DNA of 32,000 nucleotides from Candidatus Methanoperedens sp. (GCA_027460535.1 JAPZAR010000018.1:30001-62000); one strand, 5' to 3'; positions 8,861-16,482 are shown, counted from the stretch's first letter. Notes: generated by a model not told the origin, from the letters alone. Translations and numbers: made by a program.

Positions 8861-9871
8861 CTAACCAGTGACAAGATCTGCATTGAGAAGGTCAAGATAT
8901 TTCTGTATGTGGTTAGCTATCGTTATTGTGTCGCTTCCTGCGAAAAGCTTACCTACAGCATAGCCCTCCATATCGAGGATAAGGCTTCCGCTGTCACCAC
9001 CTGCTGAGAACCCAGGCTGGCCCACAATTATCTGATCTTTGAAAATACCTGTCCGCCCCCCGTCGTAATCGACGCTTACGGTGGCATCCACTGCTGTTAT
9101 AGGACCGTCCCTTGTAAGACCCGTGGTCCTTCCGGATTTCTGGACGTGCATATCGAGCTGTGCCGTTCTTGTTCCATTTGGAATACCAATCTCCAATATC
9201 TCCGCTTTGGCATCTCTTTCATTGTTCAACTCGATGATGGCGCCATCCACATAGTTATCCTCTGGTACCTGCACTACCGACATGAGCCTTGTCCTGCGGC
9301 TTGCTGCGCTGGCGGGGACATTGTAGAGTCCGCTCCAGAGCTTTCCGACCGGGCATTCGCTTGGAACGCCGCTGAGGTTCAAATGCACAAAGCGCAGGAG
9401 CCTGCCTATCTCATCATTTGGCCGCCTGCCGCCATCAATAGGTCCGGGCTGAAGATAGGGGTCGCCGATATTTACTTCATTGGAGTTGGCTCCCACATGG
9501 TTATTCGTGCCTATGCACAGCTTACCCGAGGCCCTGTCCCTGACCAGCTCCCCGTTTGTGCCTGCGGTTATCAGGTAATGTCCGCCGGATGTGCCCATGG
9601 GGCAGGGGCGAAGGCGCGACTTCCTGTCGACCTGCAGGGCCCTTATCTTCCCGACCTCTATGACGTCTGTAACCGCATCATCGATCTTTTTAGGAATGAG
9701 GTCACCTGATTTCAGCGCTGATACTTCGACTTTCTTTTCCACCATGCAGATTATACTCAGTTCCCTGGTCTTTTCTTCTCCTCTTATCTTATAGCCCGTC
9801 ATCACGCCGACGACATTTGCCTTCTGTAAGAGCATTTTTTCAGATTTTATTCTTATTTCTTCCAATTTCAT
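8861..9871 (-). CDS. trypsin/chymotrypsin-fold (S1, PA clan) serine protease with N-terminal pro-domain-like region
   Basis: 336 aa. Candidate triad contexts are GTNNHVGANS (His), NYVDGAIIEL (Asp) and FSAGGDSGSLILD (the GDSGS serine motif). KSGRTTGLT is also typical of this family. Confidence 0.8.
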   Translation of the reverse strand: MKLEEIRIKSEKMLLQKANVVGVMTGYKIRGEEKTRELSIICMVEKKVEVSALKSGDLIPKKIDDAVTDVIEVGKIRALQVDRKSRLRPCPMGTSGGHYLITAGTNGELVRDRASGKLCIGTNNHVGANSNEVNIGDPYLQPGPIDGGRRPNDEIGRLLRFVHLNLSGVPSECPVGKLWSGLYNVPASAASRRTRLMSVVQVPEDNYVDGAIIELNNERDAKAEILEIGIPNGTRTAQLDMHVQKSGRTTGLTRDGPITAVDATVSVDYDGGRTGIFKDQIIVGQPGFSAGGDSGSLILDMEGYAVGKLFAGSDTITIANHIQKYLDLLNADLVTG

Positions 9872-9913
9872 TTTTATTCCCCTTCATATACTCAATAACA
9901 CTTTACATCTTAC

Positions 9914-10270
9914 CTATTCAGGTATCTTGAAGAACAATGGCGGAATCAGCGTCCACAGGATAAGCACTATGGAGCCCATCCAGCTCTGGTACCAGCCCAT
10001 TGTAACAAAGGGCCCTCCTATTGCGAATACCCAGACCACGAATGAGATCGATGAAATTGCGTATTGCAACGGGTTCGTGACTCCCTGGAATTTTCGCAGA
10101 TACGGGGTTACCAGGATTAAAAGTACAGCTGATATCCCCCATAACCACATGGTATTTCCTGCCGGGATCAAACCTGCTATTGTAACATACGCAGCGATTA
10201 TCTCGCTGGGTATTAATTTCAGTAGTATCTTTGCATAGTCATCTGTTTCTACATTTATTGCTCTTGGCAT
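9914..10270 (-). CDS. small integral membrane protein, unknown function
   Basis: 118 aa with three to four hydrophobic helices (IIAAYVTIAGLIP, LWGISAVLLILVTPY, AISSISFVVWVFAIGGPFV, GSIVLILWTLIPPLFF). I recognise no motif. Confidence 0.6.
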   Translation of the reverse strand: MPRAINVETDDYAKILLKLIPSEIIAAYVTIAGLIPAGNTMWLWGISAVLLILVTPYLRKFQGVTNPLQYAISSISFVVWVFAIGGPFVTMGWYQSWMGSIVLILWTLIPPLFFKIPE

Positions 10271-10461
10271 TTTTTATTACCTCTTAATATAGTTTATTAT
10301 GTAAATTACTTTAAAAATGTGGTCAAAAAACCAGTGATATTTGTTTTCCGTAAATGCATTTTTCTTATTTCTTTCAGATATTTTCTATACCATTATTTTC
10401 CTCCTGTTGAGAATTCAAATTTATAAATCATTAAATATCGTGGATGAGACATTGAGCGAGC

Positions 10462-10644
10462 TTATTGCGCTCCTGACTTCATGAGCCTCTGCACAGCCTG
10501 GTTGCCTATAGTTCTTTGAAGAAAGAGAATTTGTTCAACAGGTGAACTGAGTGGCTGGCAGAAATTACCTTTCTGCACCTGTGATACCTGATTCTCTTTT
10601 TTTGTCTCGGGTGCTTTGACCGCTGTCTTGAAAGCTTCGCCCAT
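10462..10644 (-). pseudogene. orphan truncated effector leader (first 59 codons of the DUF4157-type leader, then loss of homology and a stop)
   Basis: MGEAFKTAVKAPETKKENQVSQVQKGNFCQPLSSPVEQILFLQRTIGNQAVQRLMKSGAQ* matches residues 1-59 of the 663/712-aa proteins. Nucleotide homology to the other copies ends at about 10465. Confidence 0.75.
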
Positions 10645-10731
10645 TTGTTATTTCCCTAAAAATTAAATGTTCATATATAGATTTATTAGCTCTTAACACT
10701 TCAAACTGCTAAGAAAATTGTAAAGACTATT

Positions 10732-10923
10732 CTATGGACTTCCAGCCTCTACTCCGTTTGATTTTAACTTTGAAATCGCATAAATTTTTTTGTTATCCTG
10801 AGACATCTTTTCAATCTTTTTCTGGTTAATGACCTTTGCCTCATAATCATTCCAAGCAAACCATTTTTGATTATTCTCGCAGTAAAACAAATTTAGGCTG
10901 GGTATAGGGTTAATTCTTACCAA
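10732..10923 (-). pseudogene. 3' fragment of a YkgJ-type Cys-cluster gene (remnant copy A)
   Basis: CENNQKWFAWNDYEAKVINQKKIEKMSQDNKKIYAISKLKSNG matches the C-terminus of the intact 218-aa gene at 15462..16118 (CENNQKWHVWNDYEAMVINQEMMEKISQDNSKIYAISKSKSNG). The upstream part of the ORF is unrelated sequence. Confidence 0.7.
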
Positions 10924-10965
10924 AATTTTTGCAAAATAGGAAGCAGCTCTAATTCGTTTAAGCTT

Positions 10966-13104
10966 TTACAAACCATCAAGGAATTCTAGTGCTATTCGCC
11001 TTCTTTCGACAAAATCAGGCAGATATGAACCTGGTATTAATCCTGTTATTTCATAGCGGTAACGAATAAAATCTTTATTCTGTCGCAAGAAATTTCTTAT
11101 CTCATCAATCCATTCTTCATGACCAGCTTCTCGATAAACTTGCGCATGGGCATCAAAAACGTCATTAATATCAAAGAATGTTTTTCTCGGAAGATGACTT
11201 GGTACTTCGGCAGAGAAGTAGGCATGATCGCCTGCCTCCAGAGCAACACTACGGCCTTTTGCCGTTGGGATTCCAAAATATTCCATTAACCTATCTTCAA
11301 GCAGATGGTGGGCTTCAATTGTACTTTCATCTATTCCACGCCGTCCTGTAAGTCCTGTTTCTCTTACATAATTGAGGACCTCATCGTAATTTCCAAATAT
11401 ATCTCCTTTAGGCCTTATCTCCACTGTTGGGTATCTAGCGTCAGGCCATATTGCTTTTGAAGGGCCCATTGGCTTATAACCAGCCTTTATTAGTTGTTCA
11501 TACATCGGCGAGAATGTCTCTCGAGCCGTTACCGCTACAGGTTCTACCTCTCGTACTCCAGCAGAGGCGAATTCATCCATGCGCCTTATTATGAGTTCTG
11601 CCTTGTTTAGCTCCTCTGCTGGAATTTCACCCCCCTGGCGTATTAAGAGAGTCCAACTTGAGATCCGACTTCTTTCTGCTTGAGTTAGATTTGAAGCAGC
11701 TTTAACAATATCTGCAATTTCGTCGGGGTGACGTCCAATTGATTTAGCTATACGTGTTGCTCCACGCAGGGCACCACCCCCTGCTAATGGAAGTAAAGCG
11801 CCAATTCCCATTAAAACTAAATCTGTTCCAGTTAAGGGTCGTCCCCATTTATCATAACCTTCAAAAATTCCATAAAAAAATTCTGCAATATCTGTGAGGT
11901 CACCTACTACAGGTATTAATCCTATGGCAGTGTCGGTGATTGCTTTTGCAAAAATTTGTTCATTTGGTTCATAGTAAGTCGCTTCAAAAGTTGTCAGTTG
12001 ACGCCCAACAGGCTTAATCGATGTCCCTTGAACAGGCACTTGAGTAACACTAGGAACCTCATATACTTCTAAAATGGGATCCGCTAATTCAATGTTTCCC
12101 AATACAACTTCTTGCTTGGGGGTTTGAGCTTCTGTTGCTCTATTTACGAAAAATTTTGTGGAAGGTGTTTTTACTACTTTTATTATAGATACATTTTTAG
12201 GATAACTAAGAGCCAAAGGGTTAGCTGGAATCAATTCATAGGCGAAGCGAGCCGTGCCCAAAAAACTTGGTGCTGTGATTTCAAATACATCCCCTGAAGC
12301 CGTGTGTATTATATCAATCCCATCAGGGCGTTTCTTGACAACAAGAGGAGGAGGACCTGCTACTCCGTAAACAGGTTGCATTCCTACATAATGTGATGGA
12401 ATTACTGGATCTCCCTGAAGTGGAACAAGTGCAGGGTCTTGGACGCGATAAATTTCAAGTGATGGATACTTGGGACCTAAAATACATAACTCTGGATAAC
12501 CTTCTGTCCGAATTGAAACCCCTGGTGCAACTACTAACCGAATGATTGGATAATCCCTTTTTTCAAACGAAGTTAAGAATTGATAAGCAAATGGTGCTTT
12601 TGCGATTCTCACTTCAGGACTTACTTCTAAAATCACGCGTATTTCAGAAGTAAAATATCTATAAATTAATGTACCGCCCGATGGAGATACCCTGGCATCA
12701 AAAGAGTATTCTGTTGGTATTGTATATATAGCGGTCTCGGTTCCTTCTTCTTTTATCGGTTGCCGCTTCAGTTCATCATTTTCACATTTCGGGCATGCCC
12801 TCTGAATGCTGGGTGTACCGCTGGATACTGCCTGCGGCTGCGGCATCCTCATCACCGCATCCGCTACCCTGTCAGCTTCCCGCTCATAAACATCGCCGGG
12901 CGCGCCTATCCTGAGCTTTGCCTGTAGCGCTCCTGACTTCATGAGCCTCTGCACAGCCTGGTTGCCGATGGTTCTTTGAAGAAAGAGAATTTGTTCAACA
13001 GGTGAACTGAGTGGCTTGTATAAATTACCTTTCCGCACCTGCGAAACCTGATTCTCTATTTTTTTCTCAGGCGCTTTTACCGTTGTCCTGATTGCCTCAC
13101 TCAT
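10966..13104 (-). CDS. polymorphic-toxin-like effector: shared N-terminal leader, tandem beta-rich domains, pre-toxin TG-like domain and a C-terminal module with an AHH motif
   Basis: 712 aa. Residues 1-120 share the leader (LFLQRTIGNQAVQRLMKSG, EREADRVADAVMRM, CPKCENDELKRQPIKEE), but the HExxH DUF4157 core is missing. LIPVVGDLTDIAEFFYGIFEGYDKWGRPLTGTDLVLMGIGALLPLAGGG resembles the PT-TG pre-toxin domain. IEAHHLLEDR lies in the C-terminal module. AGGAGA Shine-Dalgarno 6 nt upstream of the ATG. Confidence 0.8.
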   Translation of the reverse strand: MSEAIRTTVKAPEKKIENQVSQVRKGNLYKPLSSPVEQILFLQRTIGNQAVQRLMKSGALQAKLRIGAPGDVYEREADRVADAVMRMPQPQAVSSGTPSIQRACPKCENDELKRQPIKEEGTETAIYTIPTEYSFDARVSPSGGTLIYRYFTSEIRVILEVSPEVRIAKAPFAYQFLTSFEKRDYPIIRLVVAPGVSIRTEGYPELCILGPKYPSLEIYRVQDPALVPLQGDPVIPSHYVGMQPVYGVAGPPPLVVKKRPDGIDIIHTASGDVFEITAPSFLGTARFAYELIPANPLALSYPKNVSIIKVVKTPSTKFFVNRATEAQTPKQEVVLGNIELADPILEVYEVPSVTQVPVQGTSIKPVGRQLTTFEATYYEPNEQIFAKAITDTAIGLIPVVGDLTDIAEFFYGIFEGYDKWGRPLTGTDLVLMGIGALLPLAGGGALRGATRIAKSIGRHPDEIADIVKAASNLTQAERSRISSWTLLIRQGGEIPAEELNKAELIIRRMDEFASAGVREVEPVAVTARETFSPMYEQLIKAGYKPMGPSKAIWPDARYPTVEIRPKGDIFGNYDEVLNYVRETGLTGRRGIDESTIEAHHLLEDRLMEYFGIPTAKGRSVALEAGDHAYFSAEVPSHLPRKTFFDINDVFDAHAQVYREAGHEEWIDEIRNFLRQNKDFIRYRYEITGLIPGSYLPDFVERRRIALEFLDGL

Positions 13105-13117
13105 TTGTTATCTCCTT

Positions 13118-13344
13118 GAAATTAATCGCATAAATCTTCCTTTTATCTTGATTGATAATTTCCTGGTTAATCACCTTTGCCTCATAGTCATTCCAGACAT
13201 GCCATTTTTGATTATTCTCGCAGGTAAAACCCCTGCACGGCACAGGGTGGTGGTCGCAATGCGCAGCGGTAGGTCTTCCTGTCTATATGAACGCAGTAGC
13301 CATCAGTATCGTGTGCGATAAGATATGGTCTTCCGAACTCCCAT
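13118..13344 (-). pseudogene. decayed fragment of the YkgJ-type gene (remnant copy B, frameshifted, terminal codons and intergenic region deleted)
   Basis: The nucleotide sequence aligns with 15486-15722 (for example gccatttttgattattctcgcaggtaaaacccctgcacggcacaggg). A small deletion relative to the intact copy shifts the frame (...gcattgcgaccaccaccctg versus ...acagtgcgcgaccaccgccctg). The track shows no ORF here. Confidence 0.7.
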
Positions 13345-13368
13345 CCTGCCTGACTGACTCAAAACAAG

Positions 13369-15360
13369 TCAATAATGTTGTTTGGGTATGAAATCTCCTG
13401 TTGCAGCTTTGGCGGCTTCATTTCGACCAATCACGTCTTTCTTGTAAATTTTAGCATCCGTCCCCGATCCATTATATGCTTCTATGGCAGCGTCCCAATC
13501 CTTAACTCCGTTTCTTTTTTCAAACAACCACCGAACTGCCGTGCGAATCCAGTAGTCATAATCGAGATTTCGGGCTTTGGTCGTTTCAGTAAAGAATTCC
13601 TCAACTGCTGATTCCCATCGCGTGTCCGTGGTGAAGAAAACGTTCCAGCGATCGCCGTTTTTAGATCGAGAATTGATCGTATCCAATTCCGACTTTTCCG
13701 CGGGCGTTATTGATTTGCCTTTTGCTACAAGTTTTTTTCTGCGTGCTTGAGCATCAAACATATCTTTAGTTACCTGATCGAGATTGTGTTTGATCGCGAT
13801 AGCTGGACTTATTTCCTTGATCATCAAAATTTGCTGATCTCCAGAGCTATCAATAGCCTGACCTATATTGAAACGGGTCATCCGTTGCCCTTTCGTATAT
13901 GGTGGAAGTTTGAGGAAATCTCCCAGTGTCCCCATGTGGGACTCCTGATACAACATTGATTTCACCAGGCTGGCATCCAATGCAAGCCATTTCTTTGGCG
14001 AACCGATGTTCTTATTGTAAAACGCTACCCATTTTACAATACTTGCATCGAAAGCATTGAACATGGTTTCTTCTATCAAAGCTTTGTTCAGTAATGTGCT
14101 TTGTGGGATGATGGGAATTTTTATTCCATCTGCTTCTATTTTCAAATATTCGGGAAGTGTAGCAGAGGTGTATCCTTCTCCCGTCAACTTGTATTTCAAA
14201 TCTTTAAGTTCGGTTTGCTTCACATTCATCTGGCGCTGCCATTCGGCTTTTCCATTGTCGGTCGTATACTTTTTTTCCTCTGCCTTCCAATCAGACACTA
14301 CTTTTTCCTGATCGCTGATTTTCTTTTCGAGTACGGCATATTTTTTTTCTATGCTCGCAACACCTGCATGGTATTGAGATAAGCCCGATTTGGTGTCGCC
14401 TGCTGGAACCAGAATATTTTTCTCGATAGTGACGGAGGTAACTTTACTGCCTGATGTGAAATTGGCAGTGACTGAGGTTTTGGTGTTCGACCATGCAGTA
14501 ATGACCACACTGCTTCCTTTGGGAAGAGTAAGGTCAGAAACCTTCAACTCTTTGTTGAGTATAAACATTTTCCCGATCATCTCTTCCACGGCATCTTCGG
14601 GTAGGAATCGCTGAACAATTCCAAGGCTCGATAGTCCTTGTTGCACAACATGCGTAAGCTCATGTGCCAGCAACTGCCGCCCATCAAGCGTTCCGGGCGC
14701 ATACTGCCCGGCTCCAAAGGCCACATCCTTGCCTACTGTAAATGCGAGTGCATTCAAATCCCTCGCAGACTTTGCAGCCCTTTCGTCTGTATGCAACCTC
14801 ACCTTAGTGAAGTCATGACCGAATCGTGGCTCGAAAAAGGCGCGGTCGTTTTCTGATAAAGACTGCCCTCCACCCTTGAGGGACTGGATTTTTGATTCAA
14901 TATCAGGATTTATTTCAGAGATACCACCAGAAGTTGTCTTCCCCTGAAGCTCTTCCTCCTCTTCTTCGACTGGTTTCCTTTGCAGCTTCTCCTCTTCGTC
15001 TTCTTCTTTTATCGGTTGCCGCTTCAGTTCATCAATTTCACATTTCGGGCACATCCTCTGGATGGAAGGTGTACCACCGGATAACGCCTGCGTCTGCGGC
15101 ATCCGCATCACTGCATCCGCTACTCTGTCAGCCTCCTGCTCGTAAACATCGCCTGGCGCGCCTATCCTGAGCTTGGCCTGCAGCGCTCCCGACTTCATGA
15201 GTTTCTGAACAGCCTGGTTGCCTATAGTTCTTTGAAGAAAGAGAATTTGTTCAACTGGTGAACTGAGTGGCTGGTAGAAATTACCTTTCTGCACCTGTGA
15301 AATCTGATTCTCTTTTTTTGTCTCTGGTGCTTTGACCGCTGTCTTGACTGCTTCGCCCAT
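13369..15360 (-). CDS. DUF4157-type effector: shared leader, acidic linker, HExxH DUF4157 domain, coiled coil and a C-terminal lysozyme/SLT-like domain
   Basis: 663 aa. Leader as above, then RAFFEPRFGHDFTKVRLHTDERAAKSARDLNALAFTVGKDVAFGAGQYAPGTLDGRQLLAHELTHVVQQG (DUF4157-type core). The C-terminal region carries SMLYQESHMG, NIGQAID and AIEAYNGSG, which resemble lytic-transglycosylase motifs I-III. Confidence 0.85.
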   Translation of the reverse strand: MGEAVKTAVKAPETKKENQISQVQKGNFYQPLSSPVEQILFLQRTIGNQAVQKLMKSGALQAKLRIGAPGDVYEQEADRVADAVMRMPQTQALSGGTPSIQRMCPKCEIDELKRQPIKEEDEEEKLQRKPVEEEEEELQGKTTSGGISEINPDIESKIQSLKGGGQSLSENDRAFFEPRFGHDFTKVRLHTDERAAKSARDLNALAFTVGKDVAFGAGQYAPGTLDGRQLLAHELTHVVQQGLSSLGIVQRFLPEDAVEEMIGKMFILNKELKVSDLTLPKGSSVVITAWSNTKTSVTANFTSGSKVTSVTIEKNILVPAGDTKSGLSQYHAGVASIEKKYAVLEKKISDQEKVVSDWKAEEKKYTTDNGKAEWQRQMNVKQTELKDLKYKLTGEGYTSATLPEYLKIEADGIKIPIIPQSTLLNKALIEETMFNAFDASIVKWVAFYNKNIGSPKKWLALDASLVKSMLYQESHMGTLGDFLKLPPYTKGQRMTRFNIGQAIDSSGDQQILMIKEISPAIAIKHNLDQVTKDMFDAQARRKKLVAKGKSITPAEKSELDTINSRSKNGDRWNVFFTTDTRWESAVEEFFTETTKARNLDYDYWIRTAVRWLFEKRNGVKDWDAAIEAYNGSGTDAKIYKKDVIGRNEAAKAATGDFIPKQHY

Positions 15361-15722
15361 TGTTATTTTCCTAAATTAAATATTCTCATATGTATATAAT
15401 AACTTTTAACATCTCAAACTGCCAAGAAAATTGCATGACTATTCTATGTACTTCCAACCTCTCATCCATTTGATTTTGACTTTGAAATCGCATAAATTTT
15501 ACTGTTATCCTGAGATATCTTTTCCATCATTTCCTGGTTAATGACCATTGCCTCATAATCATTCCAAACATGCCATTTTTGATTATTCTCGCAGGTAAAA
15601 CCCCTGCACGGCACAGGGCGGTGGTCGCGCACTGTGCAGTGGTATGTATTCCTGTCCATATGAACGCAGTAGCCATCAGAATCATGTGCGATAAGATACG
15701 GTCTTCCGAACTCCCAGCGGAT
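14626..15722 (-). repeat. reference copy (C) of the dispersed effector-junction repeat: ykgJ-like 3' end, intergenic region, leader, acidic linker and DUF4157 core
   Basis: Its parts recur at 10462-10925 (copy A), 12745-13344 (copy B) and 17641-18375 (copy D, without the ykgJ part). Long stretches are near-identical at nucleotide level, for example ggttgcc-nnn-gttctttgaagaaagagaatttgttcaac and ttcttttatcggttgccgcttcagttcatca. Confidence 0.85.
15361..15461 (-). promoter_or_regulatory. conserved AT-rich intergenic region with a TATA-like box upstream of the effector leader
   Basis: Read on the minus strand: ...aaaagttattatatacatatgagaatatttaatttaggaaaataacaATG. A homologous copy precedes the orphan leader (10645-10731). 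The segment is deleted upstream of the 712-aa gene (13104). A promoter role is inferred only from the AT box and position. Confidence 0.3.
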
Positions 15723-16118
15723 GATGCCCTCATCCACATCCTGTTTAGACAGGGCAAAAGGAAATTTGCAGCACATAGCCTTGCATGTATGCAGCCTGCT
15801 CTCGCAGTCCACTTGGGTTTCATGTTCGAACGTGTATTTGTCTTCCTCCGGATCCTGATACATAAGTCCCATGCCACTCTCTACGAACTTCTTTACCAGC
15901 CGCTCTGCGACCTGATTTTTCCGCTTGTCCAGTTCCTCGATCGAGATCAATCCCTTTTCGCTGAGCAGTTCGATGACTGCATAGAGGAATGAGGTTGATT
16001 CTAAGGTTTTTTTGGTATTGGAATTGATGCGGGTGTGGGTGTAGAGCAGACCTTCGGCTAATTCCTTGTGTTCTTCACGCAATAGCTCTTTATTTCTAAT
16101 TTGAGTTTCTGTTTGCAT
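15462..16118 (-). CDS. YkgJ/UPF0153-family Cys-cluster (CxxCxxCC-type) putative Zn/Fe-binding protein
   Basis: 218 aa. VDCESRLHTCKAMCCKF...DSDGYCVHMDRNTYHCTVRDHRPVPCRGFTC fits the YkgJ pattern (C..C..CC ... dG.C ... C.i...RP..Cr). Its 3' end is duplicated at 10732-10923 and 13118-13344. Confidence 0.75.
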   Translation of the reverse strand: MQTETQIRNKELLREEHKELAEGLLYTHTRINSNTKKTLESTSFLYAVIELLSEKGLISIEELDKRKNQVAERLVKKFVESGMGLMYQDPEEDKYTFEHETQVDCESRLHTCKAMCCKFPFALSKQDVDEGIIRWEFGRPYLIAHDSDGYCVHMDRNTYHCTVRDHRPVPCRGFTCENNQKWHVWNDYEAMVINQEMMEKISQDNSKIYAISKSKSNG

Positions 16119-16482
16119 AAATATCTTTTTTCCAATTAAATTGCTTAATGAACTTTTTAAGAAAGGAATTTAATGTGGCAAATTACGAAAGGATTAATCA
16201 ACGCATTGCATTATAGGCATTAAAGCGGAAACTTCTACAAAACAAAATGCGGCCGATCTCTTGCATGCACGGATGAGTAAGTTCAACATCCATCCTGCTC
16301 ATACTCACTTACCGCATTCTCTTCACGATACCGGAAATATAGTTGATCGATGGAGCTACAAGTCCCCGGCCTTTTGCGGGCATACGGACTTCAAAAGGGG
16401 TCGACCTGGCCCAAGAATGAAAACATCAAAGCCCCCAGAATAACTATTCCTGGAATGTGCGATAAATTAGCCATTTGGCTTT

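Noticed and set aside
9146-9709. 187-aa plus-strand ORF inside the protease gene, and similar antisense ORFs (12112..12297, 13375..14614 series, 16652..17428, 18653..19445, 25501..26139, 28196..29188, 30044..30585)
   Set aside because: All overlap long minus-strand genes that have clear family motifs. Several simply mirror sense-strand repeats, for example 25870..26139, which mirrors the fibre tandem duplication.
14892-15170. 92-aa plus-strand ORF, conserved with a second copy at 17907..18185 (MIQYQDLFQRY... / MIRYQDLIQRY...)
   Set aside because: Its conservation is a by-product. Both copies lie antisense to the near-identical leader and acidic-linker segment of the effector genes, and the GAA/GAG-rich sense strand leaves the antisense frame free of stops.
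15527-15992. Alternative ORFs overlapping the YkgJ-type gene (116 aa on the minus strand, 140 aa on the plus strand)
   Set aside because: The 218-aa frame carries the full Cys-cluster motif set and is the frame conserved in the two remnant copies.
16261-16443. 60-aa plus-strand ORF in the gap between the 630-aa effector and the YkgJ gene
   Set aside because: It is on the opposite strand to every other island gene. It has no ribosome-binding site and no motif, and its sequence is His/Arg/Pro-rich and looks random.
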